Shown here in pieces: positions 27,749 to 36,350 of a stretch of DNA of 64,000 nucleotides; the stretch's first letter is position 1, and each line of letters begins with the position of its first letter. A program made the translations under genes and the position numbers. A model generated the notes under the pieces. It did not search any database, was not told where the DNA came from, and worked only from the letters and a program-made list of their open reading frames with translations. The stretch is from Candidatus Nomurabacteria bacterium (lineage in GTDB: Bacteria > Patescibacteriota > Minisyncoccia > Phycocordibacterales > UBA10002), in the NCBI GenBank assembly GCA_943354745.1, contig CALRDB010000001.1, forward strand, positions 203 through 64,202. Reading direction: 5' to 3'.

Positions 27749-29080
27749 ATGTCTAAGAAACCACTTACCATTGGCGTGGTCGGACTCTGGCACCTCGGAA
27801 GCGTCTACGCTGCCGGTCTTGCCGAGCTTGGTCACCAGGTAGTTGGCTTCGATTCCGATGGTTCGGTTGTAAAGAAGTTTGCGAAAGGGATTCTTCCGGT
27901 TAGTGAAGAAGGTCTAAGTCAGTTAACATTGAAGAATATTAAGGCGGGAAGACTTGAGTTTACGAACAGTCTTCAAAAGCTTGCGTTATGTGATATTGTT
28001 TGGATTACAATTGACACTCCTTGCGATACGCATAACCTTCCCAATACATCTTCTATTTTGAAACTCCTCTCTTCTCTCGCACCGCTGCTAAGTAATGATG
28101 TTTCTATAATTGTTTCGAGTCAGGTCCCAGTAGGAAGCGGGGACATGCTTCGCCTCCGTATTCAAAAAGCAAATCCAACACTTCGTTTTTCGTATAGCTA
28201 TCAACCGGAGAATTTACAACTTGGGAAAGCGCGGCACAGTTTTTTTCACCCTGCGCGCATTGTGGTAGGAGTTGAAACGAAAGAAACGGAAGCACTTTTC
28301 GAAAGTATTTTTAGGAACGTTGATGCTCCAAAGCTCTATATGAGTGTTCCTTCTGCGGAGATGGTAAAGCACGCGGTAAATGCATTTCTCGCCACTTCAC
28401 TTAGTTTCATCTATGACATATCTGACATGTGCGAGGTTTTCGGCGCGGACGTGCTTCGTGTTTCCGAAGCATTGAAGAGTGATTTACGTATTGGGAAGTC
28501 CGCCTACCTTGATTCTAGTATTGGATTCTCCGGCGCGACGCTTGGTCGCGATCTCTCGGTACTTGTCGATAGGTCAAGAGAAAAGAACGTACTACTCCCG
28601 GTTATTGCTGGAGCCCGGCTTAAAAATGAAAAACGTTGGCAGATGGCACTACCCATTCTTAAAAAAGAGCTCGGAGATTTGTCTAAGGTAACTATCGGTT
28701 TTCTTGGGATTGCGTACAAGCCGGGGACGTCTACCGTGCGGGATTCGCTCTCGCTCAAACTTATGCGTACACTCTCACCTCTCGCTAAGGAAATATGTGC
28801 GCATGATCCTTTGGTTCCTAAAGAGGCGGTTCTTGCCGCGGGTCCCTATCGGTTCTGCTCCGACCCCTACAAGCTCGCACAAGGCTCATCGGCGCTTATC
28901 CTCATGACCGCCTGGCCAGAGTATAGTAAGCTTGATTTTAAGAGGATTAGGCAGAGCATGAAAGGCCCAAAGCTTTTCTTTGACGCCAAAAATGCGCTCT
29001 GGCAAGAAGAGGCTCGCATAACCGCAGCTGGCCTTCGCTACATCGGCATCGGCCGTGGACGTACTAAGGTAACATCATGA
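27749..29080 (+). CDS. Nucleotide-sugar dehydrogenase (UDP-glucose/UDP-ManNAc/UDP-GlcNAc 6-dehydrogenase family), full length
   Basis: It has an N-terminal Rossmann fold (IGVVGLWHLGSVYAAGLA) and is 443 aa including the C-terminal UDP-binding domain. Confidence 0.7.
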   Translation: MSKKPLTIGVVGLWHLGSVYAAGLAELGHQVVGFDSDGSVVKKFAKGILPVSEEGLSQLTLKNIKAGRLEFTNSLQKLALCDIVWITIDTPCDTHNLPNTSSILKLLSSLAPLLSNDVSIIVSSQVPVGSGDMLRLRIQKANPTLRFSYSYQPENLQLGKARHSFFHPARIVVGVETKETEALFESIFRNVDAPKLYMSVPSAEMVKHAVNAFLATSLSFIYDISDMCEVFGADVLRVSEALKSDLRIGKSAYLDSSIGFSGATLGRDLSVLVDRSREKNVLLPVIAGARLKNEKRWQMALPILKKELGDLSKVTIGFLGIAYKPGTSTVRDSLSLKLMRTLSPLAKEICAHDPLVPKEAVLAAGPYRFCSDPYKLAQGSSALILMTAWPEYSKLDFKRIRQSMKGPKLFFDAKNALWQEEARITAAGLRYIGIGRGRTKVTS

Positions 29081-29928
29081 GACGTGCACCTATACATGTC
29101 GTCATAACGGGAGGGACCGGAGGAATAGGTAAAGCTATTGCCTCGCGTTTTTTGCGTGAGGGTGCGGAGGTGCTCGTGGTCGCGAGGAGTGCGGGAGAAC
29201 TTGAGGCGATACGGCAAGAATTTTCAACGTATGGCAGTGCGCTTACTACGGCAATGTGTGATGTATCAAAGGCAGAGGAGGTACGTTTGCTCGGAGAAAA
29301 GATACAGGAGCGCTTCGGAGAGAAGGTCGATGTGCTCATAAATGCGGCGGGAATTTACGGTCCGAAAGACCTCCTGGAAAATACCGATGAAGAAGCGTGG
29401 AAGGAAACCCTTTTGGTGAATCTCTACGGTACAATGCTTATGACGCGGCTGGTGTTGCCGTCAATGAAGAAACAAAAAACCGGCACTATTATTAATTTCT
29501 CCGGTGGCGGAGAGGGAGCGTTCCCACGTTTTAGTGCGTACGCAGCGTCAAAAGGTGGCATTATCCGTTTCACCGAAAGTGTTGCGGAAGAGGTGCGGGA
29601 CTTCGATATTTGTATTAACGCCATCGCTCCCGGAGCGGTAAATTCGGGTCTACTCGATGAGGCAATCGGGGCAGGTCCAGAGAAGGTTGGTGACGCAACC
29701 TATCTTAAATTACTTACACAGAAGAAAGAGGGAGGTGTATCTCCCGACCTCGCCGCAGAACTTTGTGTTTTTCTCGCGCGCGACACGTCAGGTGTTACTG
29801 GTCGGGTACTGAGTGCCGTGTGGGACAAACAGAGCAGTATTCTGAAACACTCCGCCGAAATTATGAACACAGACATCTATACCTATCGGCGAATTAAACC
29901 TCAAGACCGTGGTTATGACTGGAAATAA
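29077..29928 (+). CDS. Short-chain dehydrogenase/reductase (SDR)
   Basis: It has VVITGGTGGIGKAIA and YAASKGG motifs. Confidence 0.75.
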   Translation: MRRAPIHVVITGGTGGIGKAIASRFLREGAEVLVVARSAGELEAIRQEFSTYGSALTTAMCDVSKAEEVRLLGEKIQERFGEKVDVLINAAGIYGPKDLLENTDEEAWKETLLVNLYGTMLMTRLVLPSMKKQKTGTIINFSGGGEGAFPRFSAYAASKGGIIRFTESVAEEVRDFDICINAIAPGAVNSGLLDEAIGAGPEKVGDATYLKLLTQKKEGGVSPDLAAELCVFLARDTSGVTGRVLSAVWDKQSSILKHSAEIMNTDIYTYRRIKPQDRGYDWK

Positions 29929-30922
29929 AAAATATCGCATCGCTTTAATCGGGGCCGGGCGTATGGGCGCACGGTGGGCTAGTGTTATTGCTACGTCCAA
30001 AAGCGTAGCGCTCGCGCTTGTCGTTGACAAAGACGTCTCACTCGCGGAAAAAGTGGCGAAGATGTACGGAGTAACGTCGGAAGCGGACCACCAGTTGGCT
30101 CTCCGTGACGATGTAGATGCGGTAGTTATTGTCGTACCTCACAAATTCCTCTACCCACTTGCTAAAGAGGCGCTTCTTGCGGGTAAACATGTGTTCGTCG
30201 AAAAGCCGGGGAGTAAAACGGAGGAAGAGATGCGAGAGCTGGTGCGGATTGCAAAAGAGAAACAGTGTACACTTATGGTCGGGTTCAACTATCGCTTCTT
30301 TGATTCGATTCGGCAAGTCAAAGAGATTGTTCAGAGTGGGGAGATTGGAGAAATTCACGCTATTCGAATAGTACACGGACATCCCGGACGGGTCGGTTAT
30401 GAAAAAGAGTGGCGTATGCAAAAAGATCTGGCGGGAGGCGGCGTACTTATGGACCAAGGGCTCCACGTGATTGATTTGGCGCGATGGTTTTTGGAAGATG
30501 AAGTTGTGCAGGTTTCCGGTGTGACGAGTAACGAAGTATGGAAAGCCGAGGTTGAGGACACCGCTTCTCTGGTTCTCAAAACCAGGAAAGGCAATGTCGC
30601 TTCGCTTCAGGTCAGTATTTCGGAGTGGAAGCCGGTGTTCTCGTTTCAGATGAGTGGTGAGAAGGGATCTATTTCCATAGAAGGGCTTGGCAGAAAATAC
30701 GGAAACGGAGAGAGTTTTTCCGTCGGGAACTACGACAGGAAGACGGAGAAGCTACTTGAAAGACAGATAGTGTGTGACCCTGATGCGGATAAGGCTCTCG
30801 CGCGGGAGTTTGAGGCGTTTGTAGAGGCACTCTCTGCCGGCGCGTGCGAAAATCATAGTGCGAAAGATGCATTAGAGGTTTTAAAGATTATTAATGCGGT
30901 ATACCAACAAGCGCAACTATGA
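29909..30922 (+). CDS. Gfo/Idh/MocA-family oxidoreductase
   Basis: It has KYRIALIGAGRMGARW and a C-terminal GFOR domain. Confidence 0.7.
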   Translation: MVMTGNKKYRIALIGAGRMGARWASVIATSKSVALALVVDKDVSLAEKVAKMYGVTSEADHQLALRDDVDAVVIVVPHKFLYPLAKEALLAGKHVFVEKPGSKTEEEMRELVRIAKEKQCTLMVGFNYRFFDSIRQVKEIVQSGEIGEIHAIRIVHGHPGRVGYEKEWRMQKDLAGGGVLMDQGLHVIDLARWFLEDEVVQVSGVTSNEVWKAEVEDTASLVLKTRKGNVASLQVSISEWKPVFSFQMSGEKGSISIEGLGRKYGNGESFSVGNYDRKTEKLLERQIVCDPDADKALAREFEAFVEALSAGACENHSAKDALEVLKIINAVYQQAQL

Positions 30923-31614
30923 AAGCCATCGTACTCGCAGCCGGAGAAGGAAAGCGGATGTTACCACTGACACTCACAGTGCCTAAGCCCATGCTTATGA
31001 TTGGCGGGCAGACTGTCCTTGATCATATCTTTGAAGGGTTTCCGGAAGAAATTACCGAGGCAATAATCGTGGTGCGGTATCTCGGAGAGAAGATACGGGA
31101 GTATTGCGGGGATATGTTCCATGGAAGACCAGTACGCTATGTGGAAGGGAGCGAGAAGGGAAACGCGTATAGTTTTCTTGCCGCTTCACCGTTTGTTGCG
31201 CCACAGGAGCGAGTGATGGCACTGTACGCCGATGAAATGCCGAGTCGAGAGAATATGGAGAAGTGTCTTTCTCACGAATACAGCTGGCTCGTAAAAGAAA
31301 CACTTCGTCCGAAGGCGGCAGGAGTCGTGGAGCTTCGTCCTGACGGAACCATAGAGCGTATTGTCGAGAAATCGGAGAACCCTCCTTCAAATATGGCGGC
31401 AATCGGACTTATGGTGCTCCCCGGCCCCATCTTCGCCATACAGCCCGAACAAAACCACAATGGCGAGTATTATTTTACCAGTATGGCGAACAAAATCTTT
31501 CCGAAAACGAACGTCTATGCCGTTCTGACATCCGGAGGATGCTCGCTCACCAAACCTGAGGACATACCGAAGGTGGAAGCGTTTCTTGCCACGCGAAAAA
31601 ACAATCATGTCTAG
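30919..31614 (+). CDS. Sugar-1-phosphate nucleotidyltransferase (HddC-like D-glycero-alpha-D-manno-heptose-1-P guanylyltransferase)
   Basis: It has the NTP_transferase motif MKAIVLAAGEGKRMLPLTLTVPKPM. Confidence 0.65.
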   Translation: MKAIVLAAGEGKRMLPLTLTVPKPMLMIGGQTVLDHIFEGFPEEITEAIIVVRYLGEKIREYCGDMFHGRPVRYVEGSEKGNAYSFLAASPFVAPQERVMALYADEMPSRENMEKCLSHEYSWLVKETLRPKAAGVVELRPDGTIERIVEKSENPPSNMAAIGLMVLPGPIFAIQPEQNHNGEYYFTSMANKIFPKTNVYAVLTSGGCSLTKPEDIPKVEAFLATRKNNHV

Positions 31615-32740
31615 TAAAAAAACACAATCCAAAAACGAATTGGTGCTGGTTACCGGAGGTGCCGGGTTTATCGGCGGACATCTCGTCGACGCGCTTTTGG
31701 AGCATGAATATCGGGTGCGAGTGCTCGACAACCTCGCTCCTCCGACGCATAACGGGAAGTTGCCGAAATGGTTCAACAAAGAAGCGGAGTTTCAGAAAGG
31801 AGATGTCCGGAGCAAAGAGGATTGGGAAAAAGCCCTTGATGGCGTTTCGTTTGTCTTCCATCTCGCGGCGTATATGGACTTCCATCCCGACTTCAGTACC
31901 TATATTGATACGAATGCAAAGAGTACGGCGCTTCTCTACGAGGTCATCGTTGAGAAAAAATATCCGGTTAAAAAAATTATCGTCGCATCGTCGCAGTCCG
32001 TGTATGGCGAAGGCGTCTACTCGTGCACCATGGACGGTATCGTGCATCCATTGCCCCGTAGTGAAGCACAGCTAAAAGCGGGGGAGTGGGAGATGAAATG
32101 CCCAATTGACGGTGCACCGCTTATGCCGGTCGCACAAAAAGAAACCGATCGACTCTCGCCGACTATTCCGTACGGCATTTCAAAAAAGACTTCTGAAGAG
32201 TTACTTTTCTCCCTCGGACGGCTCTACGGCATTCCTTCAGTCGCGCTCCGTTACACCATCGTACACGGCGCACGCCAGAGCTTCAGACATTTCTATTCGG
32301 GAGTGCTTCGTCAAATCGCGGTGATGGCACTCGCGGGACAACCCCTCGAACTGCACGAAGACGGGAAACAGGTACGCGACTATATAAACGTGCATGATGT
32401 GGTGGACGCGCACCTCCTTGTACTTGAGTCTCCAAAAGCCGACTTCGAAGCGTTTAACGTCGGCTCAGGACGCGCGACAAAGGTTCGTGAACTCGCAGAG
32501 ATAATCGCTACAGAAGCGGGAATTCCTGCTTTCATCAAAACGTCCGGACTCTACCGCCTTGGTGCGCCCCGGCATTCACCTTCCGATAATTCAAAACTTA
32601 AGGCGCTTGGCTGGAATCCGACGCGGACCATCGCGGACGGCGTCCGCGAGTATATTGCGTGGATTCGTCAGTTCCCTGAAGCGAAACAGTTTTTGGCAGA
32701 CACGCTGCGTACGATGAAGGAAAAGAGACTTTTACGCTAA
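31607..32740 (+). CDS. NAD-dependent epimerase/dehydratase
   Basis: It has LVTGGAGFIGGHL and YGISK motifs. I place the start at MSSKK, giving an 8-bp overlap with the previous gene. Confidence 0.7.
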   Translation: MSSKKTQSKNELVLVTGGAGFIGGHLVDALLEHEYRVRVLDNLAPPTHNGKLPKWFNKEAEFQKGDVRSKEDWEKALDGVSFVFHLAAYMDFHPDFSTYIDTNAKSTALLYEVIVEKKYPVKKIIVASSQSVYGEGVYSCTMDGIVHPLPRSEAQLKAGEWEMKCPIDGAPLMPVAQKETDRLSPTIPYGISKKTSEELLFSLGRLYGIPSVALRYTIVHGARQSFRHFYSGVLRQIAVMALAGQPLELHEDGKQVRDYINVHDVVDAHLLVLESPKADFEAFNVGSGRATKVRELAEIIATEAGIPAFIKTSGLYRLGAPRHSPSDNSKLKALGWNPTRTIADGVREYIAWIRQFPEAKQFLADTLRTMKEKRLLR

Positions 32741-32749
32741 TTTTTTACT

Positions 32750-33286
32750 ATGTCAGAAAGAAAACGAGCCGTATTTTTTGACCGTGACGGAGTGATTCTC
32801 ATGGCCATCGTGATGGACGGAAGACCTCGTCCGGCGCGTAGCATTGCCGAATACAAGGCGCTCTCCGGCATTATGCCCGGTGCGAAAGAAGCGGTGGAAA
32901 AAGTGAAAGCCGCCGGTTTTCTTGCATTTCTCATTTCCAACCAGCCGGATATTGCTTACGGTGTTATTTCAAAAGCGGAATGGCAATGGATTCAGGACCA
33001 GACCAAAGACATTCCGTTTGACGATATTTTTATCTGTTTTCATCGGAGGGACGATAACTGTGACTGCATGAAGCCGAAACCGGGGAAACTGCTGGAAGCC
33101 GCGGAAAAATGGAATGTAGATCTTGCCCGTTCGTTTCTGGTGGGGGATACCAAGGACGACGTCGCAGCAGCAAAGAATGCTGGGTGCAAGAGCGTCCTTC
33201 TTGACGCTCCGTACAACAGGGAAATAGAGAGTGACATGAAGATTCAATCACTGATCGAACTTTTAGGTACCCTGCGGGAGTTTTAG
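32750..33286 (+). CDS. gmhB: D-glycero-D-manno-heptose 1,7-bisphosphate phosphatase
   Basis: It has HAD motif I (FFDRDGVI) and the GmhB zinc motif CFHRRDDNCDCMKPKPG. Confidence 0.75.
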   Translation: MSERKRAVFFDRDGVILMAIVMDGRPRPARSIAEYKALSGIMPGAKEAVEKVKAAGFLAFLISNQPDIAYGVISKAEWQWIQDQTKDIPFDDIFICFHRRDDNCDCMKPKPGKLLEAAEKWNVDLARSFLVGDTKDDVAAAKNAGCKSVLLDAPYNREIESDMKIQSLIELLGTLREF

Positions 33287-33395
33287 TTGGAGCAACAGTA
33301 TCTATCGAGGCCATCTAGGCTAAGACATCTCTTTCCATTGTTAATTTGTGAGGGTGAGTATACAATTTCTTAGGTCCATGCGGAGTTATAGAGTC

Positions 33396-34112
33396 ATGAT
33401 AACGGTTACGAAGTTAAAGGTGAAGATTTTTGCTGATGGGGCGGAAAAGGCCTCCATGTTAGACATGTCTGCAAAACCCTTTATTAAGGGATTTACGACA
33501 AATCCAACACTGATGAGAAAGGGGGGTGTGAATAATTATGCTGAATTCGCAAAAGAAATTCTCGCTTCCATTAAAGATCGGCCAATTTCTTTTGAAGTCT
33601 TTTCAGATGATTTTACTGAGATGGAACGGCAAGCAAGGGTAATCGCCTCGTGGGGGAAAAATGTGTATGTGAAGATTCCCATTACGAATACAAAAGGTGT
33701 GTCATCCCTTCCGCTCGTTATGAGACTTACTGCGAGTGGAATTAAAGTGAATGTCACGGCAATTCTTACTTTGGCGCAGGTTCAAGCAACCGTCAAAGTT
33801 CTTTCGCCACACGTTGCATCTGTCGTCTCAGTCTTTGCTGGACGCATTGCGGATACCGGAGTTGATCCTGTTCCACTTATGAAGAAGTCGAAGACACTTC
33901 TTTTGAAAAATAAAAAGGCGGAACTTCTCTGGGCAAGTACACGAGAGGTCTTTAATATTATGCAGGCAGAAAACGTTGGATGTCACATTGTGACCGTTTC
34001 GAATGATATCTTGAAAAAACTCGATAAATGGGGGTACGACTTGGAAAGACTTTCGCTCGATACAGTGAGAATGTTTTATGAAGATGGAAAACAAGCAGGA
34101 TACAGTTTGTAA
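33396..34112 (+). CDS. Transaldolase/fructose-6-phosphate aldolase family
   Basis: It has KIFADGAEKA...GFTTNPTLM. I place the start at MITVTKLKV; the ORF listed from 33348 is an extension. Confidence 0.7.
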   Translation: MITVTKLKVKIFADGAEKASMLDMSAKPFIKGFTTNPTLMRKGGVNNYAEFAKEILASIKDRPISFEVFSDDFTEMERQARVIASWGKNVYVKIPITNTKGVSSLPLVMRLTASGIKVNVTAILTLAQVQATVKVLSPHVASVVSVFAGRIADTGVDPVPLMKKSKTLLLKNKKAELLWASTREVFNIMQAENVGCHIVTVSNDILKKLDKWGYDLERLSLDTVRMFYEDGKQAGYSL

Positions 34113-34124
34113 CGTTAGCCTAGT

Positions 34125-34690
34125 TATTTTAATAAGCCCAATTCAAATCCCCCGACTCTGTCGGGGGATGTAGGGGCGTCCAGACGACACCTCGTCATGC
34201 TAGACTGTCCCAATGCGGTTTCGGAAAAGTAGCCACGCAGTATATAAAACGGAGTATCACGTCGTCTGGACTCCTCGATATCGGAGAAAGATATTCGTAC
34301 CCGGTGTACGCACCTATGTTGAAAAACTCATCGGACATCTCGATGGGCTCGACCCCGATATCGAGGTAGTAAAGGTGAACGCGCCCCTCGACCACGTGCA
34401 TATGGTCATTGTCATCCCGCCGAGAGCTTCAGTTGCCGAGGTCATGCAGTTCATCAAATCTCAAACTGGGAAACTACTTAAGGCGAGATTTCCTTTTCTC
34501 CACAAAACGTTCTATGCTAAGGAAGGCATCTGGTTGCGAGGTTACTGTGTGTCCACCGTAGGACTTAATGAAAAGGAAATCCTCGCTTACGTCAGCTACC
34601 AAGACCGCGAAGACAGGGGGCAACTGAAGCTCGACCTCAAGTAGCGGGTCGGGGAAGCCACCAGCTCTGCTGGTGGAGATTCACTTGATC
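34125..34690 (+). mobile_element. IS200/IS605-family insertion sequence (tnpA only)
   Basis: A Y1 HUH transposase ORF is flanked by subterminal hairpins: CCCCCGACTCTGTCGGGGG on the left and CCACCAGCTCTGCTGGTGG on the right. Confidence 0.7.
34213..34644 (+). CDS. tnpA: IS200-like transposase TnpA (Y1/HUH)
   Basis: It has the HUH motif HVHMVIVIPP and the catalytic Tyr region YAKEGIWLRGYCVSTVG, and is 143 aa. Confidence 0.85.
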   Translation: MRFRKSSHAVYKTEYHVVWTPRYRRKIFVPGVRTYVEKLIGHLDGLDPDIEVVKVNAPLDHVHMVIVIPPRASVAEVMQFIKSQTGKLLKARFPFLHKTFYAKEGIWLRGYCVSTVGLNEKEILAYVSYQDREDRGQLKLDLK

Positions 34691-34715
34691 TAAAGAATGC
34701 TGAAATACTCAATCT

Positions 34716-34775
34716 CAATTAGGAATTTAAAAGTTAGGATTCCCTTAAAATAATTAGTGCACTTAGGAATTAGTA
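34716..34775 (+). promoter_or_regulatory. Three direct TTAGGA(A/T)T repeats upstream of gmhA, next to the IS200 right end
   Basis: The words ttaggaatt, ttaggattc and ttaggaatt occur in turn, followed by agTATAATttttt 11 nt before the ATG. Confidence 0.35.
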
Positions 34776-34788
34776 TAATTTTTTCACT

Positions 34789-35400
34789 ATGTATTTACCA
34801 TATATAGAACAATATCTCGCTGAGACAAAGAGAATCGTCGATGGACTTGATCACGCCTCTATTGAACGAATGATTGAGATCCTAAAATCAGTACGTGATG
34901 TTCGTGGAAGATTGTTTATTCTCGGTGTTGGTGGTGGAGCAGGACATGCAAGCCACGCTGTAAATGATTTTCGCAAAATTGCCGGTATCGAGGCGTATAC
35001 ACCTATGGACAATATTTCGGAGTTTTCAGCCCGGGTAAACGATGATGGGTGGGAGAGTGTCATGTCTAACTGGCTAAAGGGAAGTTTCCTTTCCGCTAAG
35101 GACGCAATACTTGTTTTCTCAGTTGGTGGTGGAAATGCAGAGAAAAAAATAAGTCTTAATATTGTCGAAGGCGTACGATACGCAAAGGAAGTCGGCGCAA
35201 AAATACTTGGTATTGTTGGACGGGACGGTGGGTATACCAAGCAAGTTGCAGACGCCTGTGTAGTTGTACCGACAGTGAACACCGAAACCGTGACGCCGCA
35301 CACTGAAAGCTTTCAGGCTGTGGTATGGCACCTTATTGTTAGTCATCCCCTCTTTTTGAAACAAAAAGGGAAGTGGGAATCTATCGAACAGACAACATAA
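34789..35400 (+). CDS. gmhA: Phosphoheptose isomerase (sedoheptulose-7-P isomerase, SIS domain)
   Basis: It has SIS motifs GRLFILGVGGGAGHASH and ILVFSVGGGNAEKKISLN. Confidence 0.75.
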   Translation: MYLPYIEQYLAETKRIVDGLDHASIERMIEILKSVRDVRGRLFILGVGGGAGHASHAVNDFRKIAGIEAYTPMDNISEFSARVNDDGWESVMSNWLKGSFLSAKDAILVFSVGGGNAEKKISLNIVEGVRYAKEVGAKILGIVGRDGGYTKQVADACVVVPTVNTETVTPHTESFQAVVWHLIVSHPLFLKQKGKWESIEQTT

Positions 35401-35403
35401 AGA

Positions 35404-36294
35404 CTACGACTTTTTCTCCCCTATGTAGTAAATTATAGCGGACACCTCAATGGAGCGCGGAAAGAGATAAAAAATAAGATCAAGGAATCGAAGGGGTGAT
35501 AGAACGGCCATAAAGAAATACGTAGCGACGTTGTACATCGCTTCGGAAATTATTGAGAAAGGTAGCGCAAAAAAGTACATAAGTAATGTAACCAACGCTG
35601 AAGCTGGACCACCCAAGGCTCCTATTTTTTTCGGGGTAAAGTCGTAAAACTGTTGTTTCAATCCCTCGTGGGTGAGTCGTGTGTAATCGTTCGGTGATGC
35701 ATGGAACGGGACAAGAAAGGGGATACTTATATACACAAAGCCACCAGGTCTCACGACGCGTCGCATTTCCTTTATCACCTTCTCAAAGTTAGGCGTGTGT
35801 TCAATGGTGGATTCGGAAATGATCATATCCACAGAATTGTCTTTAAAGGGGAGTGTTGCTGCGTCCGCCACGATGTCTACATTTTTAAAGGGGAAAATAT
35901 CAAGATTAATAACGTCCGGATGGACTCGTGTAATTCCAGAACCTATATTAATAAGTATCTTTTCCTCTGACCGATCACCGAAAACCTTTCTAATTGTCTT
36001 GTTCGGTTTTTGTCCCAAATAAGAAATATTACCTATCGCGTACGTGAGGAATACAAAAAGTGAAGGCCATTTCTTAATGAACGCTTTTAAAAGATTTATG
36101 AATGTACCCGCTTCTTTAGTATATCGCTGGATAGTGCCGTCATCTGAAGAGGTGAAATGTAGTGCAGAATTCTTGATTGGGTAGAGGGCGCGACACGTGG
36201 GACAGTGCATCCCATTTTCGGCGGATAACATGTTCTTACTTGCACATTGTGGGCAAGAAAGTATCTCGGTAAATGTCTTCGCGTGTATGTTCAT
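35404..36294 (-). CDS. SAM-dependent methyltransferase with N-terminal zinc ribbon and C-terminal membrane helix
   Basis: It has CPQCAS...CPTC, INIGSGITRVHPDVINLD and VRPGGFVYISIP motifs. Confidence 0.6.
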   Translation of the reverse strand: MNIHAKTFTEILSCPQCASKNMLSAENGMHCPTCRALYPIKNSALHFTSSDDGTIQRYTKEAGTFINLLKAFIKKWPSLFVFLTYAIGNISYLGQKPNKTIRKVFGDRSEEKILINIGSGITRVHPDVINLDIFPFKNVDIVADAATLPFKDNSVDMIISESTIEHTPNFEKVIKEMRRVVRPGGFVYISIPFLVPFHASPNDYTRLTHEGLKQQFYDFTPKKIGALGGPASALVTLLMYFFALPFSIISEAMYNVATYFFMAVLSPLRFLDLIFYLFPRSIEVSAIIYYIGEKKS

Positions 36295-36350
36295 ATTCCT
36301 TCAAAATAAGTAACTTTACAAGTATACGGCATCAGCCTACAATGTAAAAT

